From contig CAZHMP010000004.1 of the NCBI GenBank assembly GCA_964533595.1, positions 2,723-66,722 on the forward strand: DNA of 64,000 bases, in the 5' to 3' direction. The notes beneath the pieces were generated by a model. It was not told where the DNA came from. It saw nothing but the letters and a program-made list of their open reading frames with translations, and did not search any database. This stretch comes from an uncultured Acidimicrobiales bacterium (GTDB lineage: Bacteria > Actinomycetota > Acidimicrobiia > Acidimicrobiales > Aldehydirespiratoraceae). Each line of letters begins with the position of its first letter. Within the stretch, counting starts at the first letter, position 1. The translations under genes and the position numbers were made by a program. This document shows positions 36,722-46,066 of this stretch, one piece after another.

Positions 36722-37114
36722 ATGACCAACACCGCCATTCAGACCACCGGGCGCCGCAAGCGTTCCGTCGCTCGAGTGAGGGTTCGCCCCGGCACTGGAG
36801 TGGTCAACGTCAACAACCGTCCGATCGCCGATTACTTTCCGGCGCTCACCCAGCAAATGCACGCTCTCGATCCCCTCACCGTCACCGAGACCACAGAGTC
36901 TTACGACATCGAGGCAACAATTCATGGTGGCGGCACCACCGGCCAGGCCGGAGCACTCCGACTGGGAATTGCCCGCGCTTTGATCGAGATCGATCCCGAG
37001 CGCCGCGATGTTCTCAAGAAGGCCGGATTCCTCACACGCGATCCCCGCAAGAAGGAATCCAAGAAGTACGGCCTCAAGAAGTCCCGCAAGGCCCCGCAGT
37101 ACAGCAAGCGCTGA
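36722..37114 (+). CDS. rpsI: 30S ribosomal protein S9
   Basis: [19 protein letters not shown]...[19 protein letters not shown]...[24 protein letters not shown]. Confidence 0.97.
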   Translation: MTNTAIQTTGRRKRSVARVRVRPGTGVVNVNNRPIADYFPALTQQMHALDPLTVTETTESYDIEATIHGGGTTGQAGALRLGIARALIEIDPERRDVLKKAGFLTRDPRKKESKKYGLKKSRKAPQYSKR

Positions 37115-37156
37115 TTGCCGAGTGTTGGTGGGGCGAGTCCTGTCGATGGGCCACCC

Positions 37157-38491
37157 ATGAGTCTCAGATTTGGAACTGACGGGATGCGCGGCGACGCGCG
37201 TACCGAATTGCGTCCGCCGTTGGTAGAGCTTCTGGCGCGTGCCGGCGCAGAGGTTCTCGGTGCAGGTGGCTTCGTCGTGGGCCGCGACACGCGCGAGTCT
37301 GGTCCGGCCCTTTCGGCCGCGATCCACTCGGGGGTGAATGCTGCCGGGGGACACAGCGTCGATCTGGGTGTGGTGCCTACGCCGGCCGTGGCTTTGTGGT
37401 GCCAACAGGAGAACGTGGCGGGCGCAGTCGTGTCGGCGTCCCACAACCCTTGGTACGACAACGGTGTCAAGTTCTTCGTTTCAGGCGGACTGAAGTTGAG
37501 CGACGATACCCAGACGGAAGTTCAGCGTCGCTTCGACCTGCTCGTTGATCGGGGATCCTCGGGAGGCCAAGACATCGGCGTGGTTGAGTTCGAGGATCTT
37601 CACGATCAGGGCGTGGCTCGGCACGTTGAACACGTCACTGCCAGTCTCGGCGGTCGGCGACTTGATGGCATGAGTGTGGTGATCGACACCGCAAACGGTG
37701 CGGCCACAACCGTGGCTCGGAAAGCCTTGACGGCTCTGGGTGTCGAGGTGATCGCGATCCACGACGCGCCCGATGGGCGCAACATCAACGACGATTGCGG
37801 TTCCACCAACCCATCCGAGTTGCAGCGTGAAGTGGTCGCTACCGGATCTGCTTGCGGAATTGCATTCGATGGCGACGCCGACCGTCTCATCGCCGTGTCG
37901 CCAGATGGCGAGTTGATTGATGGTGATCAGATCATCGCCATACTCGCACTCGATCGGCATCGTCGCGGAGTCCTTGGTGATGATTCGGTGGTCGTCACCG
38001 TCATGTCGAATCTCGGATTCCGTCGCGCGATGACCAGCGCAGGAATCAAGGTTGTCGAGACGGGGGTCGGCGACCGCCAAGTGCTGGAGTCGCTCGATCG
38101 ACTCGGGCTGTCGTTGGGCGGAGAGCAGTCGGGTCATGTGATCTTCCGAGATGTCTCAACCACGGGAGATGGGCTCCTAACCGCAGTCCAACTCCTGGAC
38201 ACGGCGAAGCGAAGCGGCACGGACTTGGCCACGATGGCCTCACAGGCCATGACGAAGCTTCCCCAGGTGCTGGTCAACGTCGATACCGGCACGCGACGGA
38301 CCGACATCGATCATCTGCTGGAACCGATTGCCTCTCTGGCAGCAGAGCGGTTGGGCAACAGGGGACGCGTGCTGTTGCGGGCATCAGGCACCGAGCCGTT
38401 GGTGAGGGTGATGATCGAGGCAGAAACCCATTCCGAAGCAGAGGGTTTGGCTGCCGAGTTGGCCGATCAGGTTCGTTCACTTCTGGCCTGA
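37157..38491 (+). CDS. glmM: Phosphoglucosamine mutase
   Basis: MSLRFGTDGMRG, phosphoserine loop VVSASHNPWYDNGVKFF, GIAFDGDADR, GGEQSGH, RASGTEPLVRVM. Confidence 0.94.
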   Translation: MSLRFGTDGMRGDARTELRPPLVELLARAGAEVLGAGGFVVGRDTRESGPALSAAIHSGVNAAGGHSVDLGVVPTPAVALWCQQENVAGAVVSASHNPWYDNGVKFFVSGGLKLSDDTQTEVQRRFDLLVDRGSSGGQDIGVVEFEDLHDQGVARHVEHVTASLGGRRLDGMSVVIDTANGAATTVARKALTALGVEVIAIHDAPDGRNINDDCGSTNPSELQREVVATGSACGIAFDGDADRLIAVSPDGELIDGDQIIAILALDRHRRGVLGDDSVVVTVMSNLGFRRAMTSAGIKVVETGVGDRQVLESLDRLGLSLGGEQSGHVIFRDVSTTGDGLLTAVQLLDTAKRSGTDLATMASQAMTKLPQVLVNVDTGTRRTDIDHLLEPIASLAAERLGNRGRVLLRASGTEPLVRVMIEAETHSEAEGLAAELADQVRSLLA

Positions 38492-38605
38492 CCATCCAAC
38501 TGGTGGCGATTGGCGACTGGTCCATCGATGGCTGCGGCGGTTGTAAACTCCTTTTCGCTCCGCTCAGCCGGGGTTTGTCTCATCAACTGATGTCCGGAGA
38601 AACCC

Positions 38606-41600
38606 ATGTGTGGGATCATCGCAGTCGTCCGGCGTCCGTCCACTCGACCGACCCCGACACGATCAGATGTCCTCGAACTCCTCACCGGGATCGGTGATCT
38701 GGTCGATGCCGGAGATGAACCCTCGAAATTGAAGGACACCGCCGATCGACTGGTGGTGGCGGATTCGCTCCTGCGTGGAGTGCCCGGGCTCAAGTTGCTG
38801 CTGTCCGACCGATCCACGGCGACAGAGATCGGACAACACGTCGATCGTTTGTGGACGGCGGTTGGGGCTATCGAGGCTCACCTCGATGGAGGATCACGGC
38901 TGTCCACTGCCGAACTCGAGGAGCGGAACCGTGAGTTGATCAGGCTCAAGGATGGGCTGTGGGCGATTCAAAGAGACCGCCTGCGATGTGCCGAGTCCGT
39001 ATCGACGCTCATCGATGGTGGCAGGGAGAACGCCCAACTCGAAGGATTCCTTTCGATACATCAGACGCTTTCGGCGATCGATCGCCTGGAAGTCCGCGGC
39101 CGGGATTCGGCCGGGATTCATTTGATGATCCACGGCCACGCTCTGGATTTGTCCAATCCAGGAGTGGCCGCTGAGATCCAGAGGCGATCCGGAGACGCAA
39201 ACTTCCAATCGGGATCCGTACGGGTCGTCGGCGAGGCGTTGAGCCTCGTCTACAAGACTGCGGCAGAGATCGGCGATCTGGGAGATAACACAAACGTGTT
39301 ACGCCGGGCGATAGAGGGTGACGATCTCCTCCACGCGGCTCTTGCCAATGATGCCGCCAGCACACTCGTGCTGGGCCACACTCGTTGGGCGTCGGTTGGC
39401 ATCGTGTCGGAACCCAACGCTCATCCGCTCAACAGTGAATTGACCGACCGAAGCGGTCCTTATGCCGTGGCGTGTCTCAACGGTGACGTCGACAACTTCG
39501 CTGACCTCGTGGCCGATGAGCGACTCTCGATTGCTCCGGCAATCACCACCGACGCGAAGGTCATTCCCAGCCTCATGAGCCTCCGCCTGGGCGAGGGCCA
39601 CGAGTCCGCGGAGGCATTTCGTCGAACGGTCGCCACGTTCGAGGGATCGGTCGCCATTGGTGCCTGCACCGCGGATGCGCCCGGCAAGTTGCAGTTGGCT
39701 TTGCGCGGCAGCGGCCAGGCGATCTACGTGGGTCTGGCCGAGGACTCCTACATCGTTGCCAGCGAGCCCTACGGCCTGGTCGAGGAGACTCTCAGGTTTG
39801 TTCGCATGGACGGTGAAACTCCCGGGAACCCGGACAACACCAACGCCAGTCGTGGTCAGATTCTCGAACTTGACGCTGATATGGCCGGTGCCCTCGACGG
39901 GATTCTTCGGAGGTCCTATGACGGGACCGATTTGCCAGTCGGCGATCACGATGTCGTCACCGCCGAGATAACGACTCGAGACATCGATAGGGGCGATCAT
40001 GCCCACTACCTGATGAAGGAAATCGGCGAGGCACCCAACTCGTTCCGCAAGACTTTGCGAGGCAAGTTGATCGACGGCCCCGACGGTCCGGTTGTGTCGC
40101 TCGGTGTGGAGATCCTGCCGGAATCGGTTCGCCGTCGCCTGCGATCAGGTGAAATTGATGAAGTTGCCGTGATCGGGCAGGGAACCGCAGCAGTTGCCGG
40201 GCAGAGCTTGACCGAGGCGCTGAGCACGATGCTTCCCGACAACGACGTGAAACTGACCGCTCTGCCGGCAACGGAGTTGTCCGGGTTCGCACTTCGCCCC
40301 GACATGTCCGATGTGATCGTTGTCGCCATCAGCCAGTCGGGCACCACCACCGACACCAACCGCACCGTGGATCTGGTGAGGGCTCGGGGAGCGGCGGTGA
40401 TCGCCATTGTGAACCGTCGAAACAGCGACCTCACCGACCGCTCCGATGGGGTGCTCTACACATCCGACGGACGCGATGTCGAGATGAGCGTGGCATCGAC
40501 AAAGGCGTTCTACTCACAAATTGCCGCCGGGCTTCTTCTATCGGTTGCGATAGCAGATGAGATCTCTCCCATGGTGGGTGCGGAGGATCGTCGCTCATTG
40601 CTTGAAGGACTCCGCGAGATTCCGTCCGCTCTGGAACAGGTGATCGCCCGACGCGATCTCATTGGCGAGGCTGCCCGCCAATTCGCGCCCTCCCGGCGTT
40701 ATTGGGCGCTCGTGGGAAATGGCGTCAACAAGATTGCGGCGAACGAAGTGCGCATCAAGCTCTCGGAGCTCTGCTACAAGTCGATCGCTTGCGACGTCAC
40801 CGAAGACAAGAAACACATTGACCTCTCCTCGGAGCCGCTCATATTGGTGTGCGCTGCCGGCCTCACTGGATCGACCGCCGATGATGTTGCCAAGGAAGTG
40901 GCGATTTTTCGAGCGCACAAGGCCGCTCCAATCGTGATCGCCGATGAAGGTCAGAGCCGCTTCGACGGTGCGCTGGCCGTAATCCCGGTGCCGGTGGTCG
41001 ATCCCCGCCTCGGGTTTGTCATGTCGGCAATGGCTGGTCATCTGTTCGGTTATGAAGTGGCGATGGCGATCGACTCCCAAGCGCGAGTGTTGCGAGAGGC
41101 TCGCAGTGCCATCGACCTCGCAGCTTCACTTTCCTACACGAACGGCAAACAGGTCCTTGCCGGAGTGACTCCCGCGCTCGAGGGTGTGGCATCTGCATTT
41201 TTCGACGGGTTGCGCGCCGGAAACTTCAACGGTCACCTCGAGGCATCCACCGCGGTTCGTCTCTCGTCGCTGTTCCGCTTCGCCCTCGGTTCGGTTCCGC
41301 TCGAGGCCTACCAGATCGAGTACGGCAAGGTTGGAACTCCAGCGGTCGTGCTTGATGACCTTGCTGCAGCGCTCACCCGTGCCATCGAGGAGTTGACCAG
41401 GCCGATCGATGCCATCAAACATCAAGCCAAGACGGTCACCGTCGGCATCTCACGTTCGGACGAAACCCTCTTGGAGGTGCCGTTGTCGAGAGCGGTGCTC
41501 GAAGCCGGGGCACCCCGCGATCGGCTCAGCTATGCCTCGCTTCGCACGCTTGCCGACCTTGATCCTGCGGTCGAGGAGGTACTCGGGCACACGCGGTACC

Positions 41601-42037
41601 GAGTCGAGGGAATGGATCAGTCGGCACCGGGTGCGCCGACCGCCGTTGTCGTCGATCGCGGGGGAATCTCACTCGGGATTCCATCGCGCACTGATTCGTC
41701 GCCGGAGTTACGCGGCACCAAACATCAGGTGGCACTGGAAAGGCGTGTCTTCGTGGCCAAAGGTCGGGCCGATGGCCGTTCTGTCGTGATCGTCCCCGAA
41801 CTCAAAGACAACGTCACCACCGGGCTCACCTTGTTGCAGGTCCGGTTCGCGCAGGCCCTGAGTCCGGCCGGCGCACGAGGAGTTCTGCAGGGTTACCGCA
41901 ACCGTTACTCGGCTCTACGCGACGCTGTGAACGAGACCGAAGAGACATTCCGCGAGGATCTTCTAGAAGATCAGGATGTCGCTGATCTGCTCACGCTCCC
42001 GATCAACGCACTTGCCGATCGCTGGCGAACGGCCTGA
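38606..42037 (+). CDS. glmS: Expanded GlmS-like glutamine-fructose-6-phosphate aminotransferase (class-II GATase + 2 SIS + extra segments), 1143 aa
   Basis: N-terminal MCGII (Ntn Cys), RLEVRGRDSAG, GHTRWAS...NAHP, LNGDVDNF, SIS motifs ISQSGTTTDT and VASTKAF, second SIS ANEVRIKLSELCYKS...EDKKH, tail-like AKTVTVG at aa ~941. Sits in the glmS position of the actinobacterial glmM...alr block. Confidence 0.7.
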   Translation: MCGIIAVVRRPSTRPTPTRSDVLELLTGIGDLVDAGDEPSKLKDTADRLVVADSLLRGVPGLKLLLSDRSTATEIGQHVDRLWTAVGAIEAHLDGGSRLSTAELEERNRELIRLKDGLWAIQRDRLRCAESVSTLIDGGRENAQLEGFLSIHQTLSAIDRLEVRGRDSAGIHLMIHGHALDLSNPGVAAEIQRRSGDANFQSGSVRVVGEALSLVYKTAAEIGDLGDNTNVLRRAIEGDDLLHAALANDAASTLVLGHTRWASVGIVSEPNAHPLNSELTDRSGPYAVACLNGDVDNFADLVADERLSIAPAITTDAKVIPSLMSLRLGEGHESAEAFRRTVATFEGSVAIGACTADAPGKLQLALRGSGQAIYVGLAEDSYIVASEPYGLVEETLRFVRMDGETPGNPDNTNASRGQILELDADMAGALDGILRRSYDGTDLPVGDHDVVTAEITTRDIDRGDHAHYLMKEIGEAPNSFRKTLRGKLIDGPDGPVVSLGVEILPESVRRRLRSGEIDEVAVIGQGTAAVAGQSLTEALSTMLPDNDVKLTALPATELSGFALRPDMSDVIVVAISQSGTTTDTNRTVDLVRARGAAVIAIVNRRNSDLTDRSDGVLYTSDGRDVEMSVASTKAFYSQIAAGLLLSVAIADEISPMVGAEDRRSLLEGLREIPSALEQVIARRDLIGEAARQFAPSRRYWALVGNGVNKIAANEVRIKLSELCYKSIACDVTEDKKHIDLSSEPLILVCAAGLTGSTADDVAKEVAIFRAHKAAPIVIADEGQSRFDGALAVIPVPVVDPRLGFVMSAMAGHLFGYEVAMAIDSQARVLREARSAIDLAASLSYTNGKQVLAGVTPALEGVASAFFDGLRAGNFNGHLEASTAVRLSSLFRFALGSVPLEAYQIEYGKVGTPAVVLDDLAAALTRAIEELTRPIDAIKHQAKTVTVGISRSDETLLEVPLSRAVLEAGAPRDRLSYASLRTLADLDPAVEEVLGHTRYRVEGMDQSAPGAPTAVVVDRGGISLGIPSRTDSSPELRGTKHQVALERRVFVAKGRADGRSVVIVPELKDNVTTGLTLLQVRFAQALSPAGARGVLQGYRNRYSALRDAVNETEETFREDLLEDQDVADLLTLPINALADRWRTA

Positions 42038-42064
42038 TCCGACGTGGGACGGTAGGGTCCGGAC

Positions 42065-42436
42065 GTGCTGGGAATCGGAACCGATCTCGTCGACGTCGAC
42101 CGATTTCGTGGTGTGTTGAAGCGAACGCCGGGCATCGCCAGACGTCTCTTCCTCCCGGCTGAGCTGGCCTATGCCCACGCCGCCCCCGATCCGGCGGCGC
42201 GCTTGGCCGTGCGGTTCGCGGCCAAGGAAGCCACGCTCAAATCGTTTGGAGTCGGTTTGGGAGCGATGCGCATGGCCGACATCGAGGTGGTGAAGCATCC
42301 TGACGGCCGCCCGGAGATCGTGTTGCACCGTGCCGCGCTCGATTTTGCGTCGCAACGGGGTGCGGTGCGGCTTCTGTGCTCGCTGTCGCATACCGACTCG
42401 CTGGCTCAGGCCGTCGTGGTTGCCTTGGGATCATGA
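42065..42436 (+). CDS. acpS: Holo-[acyl-carrier-protein] synthase
   Basis: LGIGTDLVDVDRF...RFAAKEATLKSFG...SLSHTDSLAQAVVVA. Confidence 0.9.
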   Translation: MLGIGTDLVDVDRFRGVLKRTPGIARRLFLPAELAYAHAAPDPAARLAVRFAAKEATLKSFGVGLGAMRMADIEVVKHPDGRPEIVLHRAALDFASQRGAVRLLCSLSHTDSLAQAVVVALGS

Positions 42437-43785
42437 AGCCGCTCGTCACTCCCGCTGAGATGGCTGCGGTCGATGCCGCGGCGCCGGAATCCGAAGAATT
42501 GTTGGTGGACCGTGCCGGCCGTGCCGTCTGCCGGGCCGCCATCAAGATCATGGGTGGCACCTATGGCCGGCGGGTGGCAGTTGTCGCCGGTCCCGGCAAC
42601 AACGGTGCGGATGGCCGCGTTGCTGCCGGCCACCTTCGAAGGCGCGGCGTGCGATGCGCAGTGATTGATGCGCTGGCTCCGAGCGAGTCACCGGCACAGG
42701 TCGATCTGGTGGTTGATGCCGCATTCGGCACAGGATTGAAGCGGCCCTATGAGTTCCCCGACATTGCACCTGGCGTACCGGTGCTTGCCGTCGATATCCC
42801 GTCGGGCGTTGATGGGCTGACGGGCGAGATTCGCGGCGTTCCGGCGGCGGCTTCCTGGACCGTCACATTTGCCGCCCTCAAACCGGGCCTTCTGATTGAG
42901 CCCGGTCGATCTTTGGCCGGACGCGTGGAAGTTGCCGACATTGGTCTGGGGGTTGGGCCACGACATTCTCATCTGGTGGAGGCGAGCGATGTGGCTGCCT
43001 GGATACCACCCCGTTCGGCTGTGGATCACAAGTGGACCACCGCAGTACGGGTGATCGCCGGGAGTCCCGGGATGACCGGGGCGGCTCATCTCAGCGCCCG
43101 TGGAGCCCAACGGGCTGGCGCCGGCTATGTACAACTGGGAACACCCGGCCTCGGCGACGATCCCGGAGGCCCCATCGAGGCTGTAGGGCTGGGTTTGCCT
43201 GCCGCCAGTTGGGCACGGGAGGCAGGGTTGGGGCTGGAGAGATTTCACGCCTTGCTGGTGGGTCCCGGGTTGGGCTCGGGTCAACTTCGCGAGTTGGTGT
43301 CCCTGATCGAATCGATGGCGGACCTCCCGATTCCGATCGTCGTCGACGGTGATGCACTCGCCCTCGATTTGTTGGAGGTCCTGCGAGACAGGTCTGCTCC
43401 AACTGTGATCACTCCCCACGATGGCGAGTGGCGCCGCCTGGGTGGGTCAGACTCTCCAGATCGGATTTCCGCCGTCCGCGAGTTCGCCTCGGCCTACTCC
43501 TTGACTGTTCTGCGCAAGGGTCCCTCAACGGTTGTTGCCGATCCAGACGGTGAGGTATGGATAACGGCCAACGGCGGGCCTGAACTGGCCACCGCAGGCA
43601 CAGGGGATGTGCTCGCCGGTGTGACAGCGGCATTGTTGGCACGCGGATTACGCGCCCCGCACGCGGCCGCAGCCGCAGCGTTCGTTCACGCTGATGCCGC
43701 ACGACTTGCCGGTCCTGGCCTGGTGGCCGGAGATATTCCGAATCATCTGCGCACGGCCATGAGCTGGCAGGCTCTACGACCATGA
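42433..43785 (+). CDS. nnr: Bifunctional NAD(P)H-hydrate epimerase/dehydratase (YjeF N+C)
   Basis: N-domain AVVAGPGNNGADGRVAA...DAAFGTGL and C-domain HKWTTAVRVIAGSPGMTGAAHLS...TAGTGDVLAG. ATGA overlap with acpS. Confidence 0.88.
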   Translation: MKPLVTPAEMAAVDAAAPESEELLVDRAGRAVCRAAIKIMGGTYGRRVAVVAGPGNNGADGRVAAGHLRRRGVRCAVIDALAPSESPAQVDLVVDAAFGTGLKRPYEFPDIAPGVPVLAVDIPSGVDGLTGEIRGVPAAASWTVTFAALKPGLLIEPGRSLAGRVEVADIGLGVGPRHSHLVEASDVAAWIPPRSAVDHKWTTAVRVIAGSPGMTGAAHLSARGAQRAGAGYVQLGTPGLGDDPGGPIEAVGLGLPAASWAREAGLGLERFHALLVGPGLGSGQLRELVSLIESMADLPIPIVVDGDALALDLLEVLRDRSAPTVITPHDGEWRRLGGSDSPDRISAVREFASAYSLTVLRKGPSTVVADPDGEVWITANGGPELATAGTGDVLAGVTAALLARGLRAPHAAAAAAFVHADAARLAGPGLVAGDIPNHLRTAMSWQALRP

Positions 43786-44894
43786 GCGCCGCCACTGCCT
43801 CAATTTCAACGTCGGCAATCGCCCACAACGTGGGGGTGTTCCGTGACTTGATCGGCGACTCTCGGCTTTGTGCAGTGGTCAAGGCCGACGGTTACGGCCA
43901 CGGAGCGGTCGCCGTGGCGAACGCTGCGCTGGACGCCGGAGCCGCGTGGTTGGCCGTCGCAACTGCCAATGAGGCCGTCGAGTTGGCAGAAGTCGCGGAG
44001 AGTCGGATGGCGCCGGTGTTGGTGCTGTCGGAACGGCCGAAATCGGAGTTACGGCAATGCTGGGCCGAGCTTCCCTCCACGATTCGCTTTGTCGTGGCGT
44101 CACTCGGTGGGGCACGCACCATTGATTCCTTGGCCGACGCACCTGTGCCTGTCCACATGAAAGTCGATACCGGAATGCATCGCATGGGCATCGATCCGGG
44201 TGGCGTTGTCTCCCTCGCCGAACTGATTGAGAGTCTGCCCAGCCTCGTGTTGGAGGGGGTGTGCACTCATTTGGCCGTGGCCGACGAGCCGGGCAACGAG
44301 TTCACGTCTGAGCAGGCGGCAAGGTTTGACGAGACGCTGGCCGATCTCGATGCTCACGGTCGCGTCGTGCCCATCGTTCATATGGCGAACTCGGCCGCCA
44401 CGATCACACGTCCTGACACTCACCGCGACATGGTTCGGCTCGGCATTGCCATGTATGGAACGCCTCCATCCCCGGCACTGAATGGCGTTGTGGATCTGCA
44501 TCCGGCCCTGCGACTGAGCGCGGAGGTCACAGCGGTTCGCATGGTCGGTGGCTCGGAAAGTGTCTCCTACGGCCGACATTGGTTCGCTGAAGACGAAACA
44601 AGAGTGGCAACTTTGCCCATCGGTTACGCCGATGGCATCAGGCGCAATAGTGCCGACGCCAGAGTTGAGGTTCTCATCCGTGGTTGCCGATTCCCGATCG
44701 TCGGTGCCGTCACAATGGATCAGACGATGGTGGCGGTGGACGATTCCGTCGAAGTTGGCGATGAGGTCGTGTTGATCGGCACTCAGGGCTCGTCGAGCAT
44801 CAGTGCCGAGGAGATCGCGGAACGCCTTGGCACGATCTCCTACGAGGTCCTCGTGTCGTTGGGCAATCGAATCGCCCGCCGGGTTGTGGAGTGA
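43782..44894 (+). CDS. alr: Alanine racemase
   Basis: PLP-lysine motif AVVKADGYGHGAV and PIGYADG. ATGA overlap with nnr. Confidence 0.92.
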   Translation: MSAATASISTSAIAHNVGVFRDLIGDSRLCAVVKADGYGHGAVAVANAALDAGAAWLAVATANEAVELAEVAESRMAPVLVLSERPKSELRQCWAELPSTIRFVVASLGGARTIDSLADAPVPVHMKVDTGMHRMGIDPGGVVSLAELIESLPSLVLEGVCTHLAVADEPGNEFTSEQAARFDETLADLDAHGRVVPIVHMANSAATITRPDTHRDMVRLGIAMYGTPPSPALNGVVDLHPALRLSAEVTAVRMVGGSESVSYGRHWFAEDETRVATLPIGYADGIRRNSADARVEVLIRGCRFPIVGAVTMDQTMVAVDDSVEVGDEVVLIGTQGSSSISAEEIAERLGTISYEVLVSLGNRIARRVVE

Positions 44895-46039
44895 CATCGA
44901 CTCTCGATGTGCTGGTGGTGAATTCGTGGGCGAGCGGGTCACATCTGGCCTGGGCGAGCGGATGGCAGGCATCGAGTGCTCACCGAATCGGCTTTGTCAC
45001 CCACGAGGGTCGGGCGTGGCGATGGAGAATGCGGGGAGGCGCGATCACGCTGGCCGAAGACACCCTTCTCCGTATCAGCGAGCACGGCGCGCCGGATTTG
45101 ATCGTTGTCACCGACATGATCGACTTGGCCGCGTATCTGGCGATGATTCGGCGAACAGCTCCCGATATCGCCGTGGCCATGTACATGCACGAGAACCAAC
45201 TCGGATATCCCCGTCAACCTGGTGAATCGCTGGACCAGGGGCTGGCCTGGACGACCTGGCGCAATCTCGTTCTGGCCGACACCATCTGGTTCAATTCCGA
45301 GTTTCATCGTCGCCAGTTGTTCGAAGCTCTCCCAGTCTTTCTCGGTGGAGTGGCCGACCATTCCCATCTGCATCTCATCGAGTCGGTGAAGGCCAAGAGT
45401 GAGGTGATCCCCGTTGGTGTTGATCTCAGCCATTTCGCAGCGCGCCCGGATTCGGCTTCGTTGGATTCGTCGGCCCCTTTGATCTTGTCGAATCATCGTT
45501 GGCACCACGACAAGAACGTCGGTGCGATTCTCCGAGCGCTGCTTCGGCTGGCAGATCGCGACGTCGCATTTCGTGTTGCCGTGGTCGGAGACGATCAAGG
45601 CGGCGAGCGCGACGCACTTATGCCGCTCATCGAAAGGCTCGGCAACCGGGTGGAAAGGACTGGATATCAGTCGCGGGGCGACTACCTCGAGCTGTTGTCG
45701 CGCTCGGACTTGGTGGTATCGGCCGCGCGCAACGAATACTTCGGGATCGCGGTTGTGGAAGCCATCGCGGCCGGTGCGGTACCGGTGCTTCCGGATGCAT
45801 TGGCCTACCCGGAGGTGATACCTCCGAAGTTTCATTCCGCAGCCCTGTTCCAACCCGGGGATCTCACAAATGCGCTGGAGTTTGCCGTCAATTCGCTCCC
45901 GGCCCTCCGAATCGAGATGACCGGGCTGACGGAGAGCATGTCTCGATTCAGCTGGGATCGAGTGGCGCCCATGCTCGACGCCGCTGCCGTTCGGCTGGTG
46001 ACATCGATCGCCCGATCACACCCCATTCCCGGAGACTGA
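44891..46039 (+). CDS. DUF3524/GTDC1-like GT-B (GT4-type) glycosyltransferase
   Basis: N-terminal SWASGSH, WRWRMRGG, YMHENQLGYP and FNSEFH resemble the GTDC1 N-domain as I remember it. C-terminal GT1 fold with NEYFGIAVVEAIAAG. GTGA overlap with the alr stop. Confidence 0.65.
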   Translation: MTSTLDVLVVNSWASGSHLAWASGWQASSAHRIGFVTHEGRAWRWRMRGGAITLAEDTLLRISEHGAPDLIVVTDMIDLAAYLAMIRRTAPDIAVAMYMHENQLGYPRQPGESLDQGLAWTTWRNLVLADTIWFNSEFHRRQLFEALPVFLGGVADHSHLHLIESVKAKSEVIPVGVDLSHFAARPDSASLDSSAPLILSNHRWHHDKNVGAILRALLRLADRDVAFRVAVVGDDQGGERDALMPLIERLGNRVERTGYQSRGDYLELLSRSDLVVSAARNEYFGIAVVEAIAAGAVPVLPDALAYPEVIPPKFHSAALFQPGDLTNALEFAVNSLPALRIEMTGLTESMSRFSWDRVAPMLDAAAVRLVTSIARSHPIPGD

Positions 46040-46066
46040 CCGCCCCGACCCGCTACGGTCGGCATC

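Noticed and set aside
38492-38605. Possible glmS ribozyme or other riboswitch in the 114-nt leader of the GlmS-like gene.
   Set aside because: I could not find the conserved glmS ribozyme core segments or its nested pseudoknot pairing by eye. As far as I recall the element is mainly found in Firmicutes and a few other phyla. A covariance-model scan (Rfam RF00234) would be needed to settle it.
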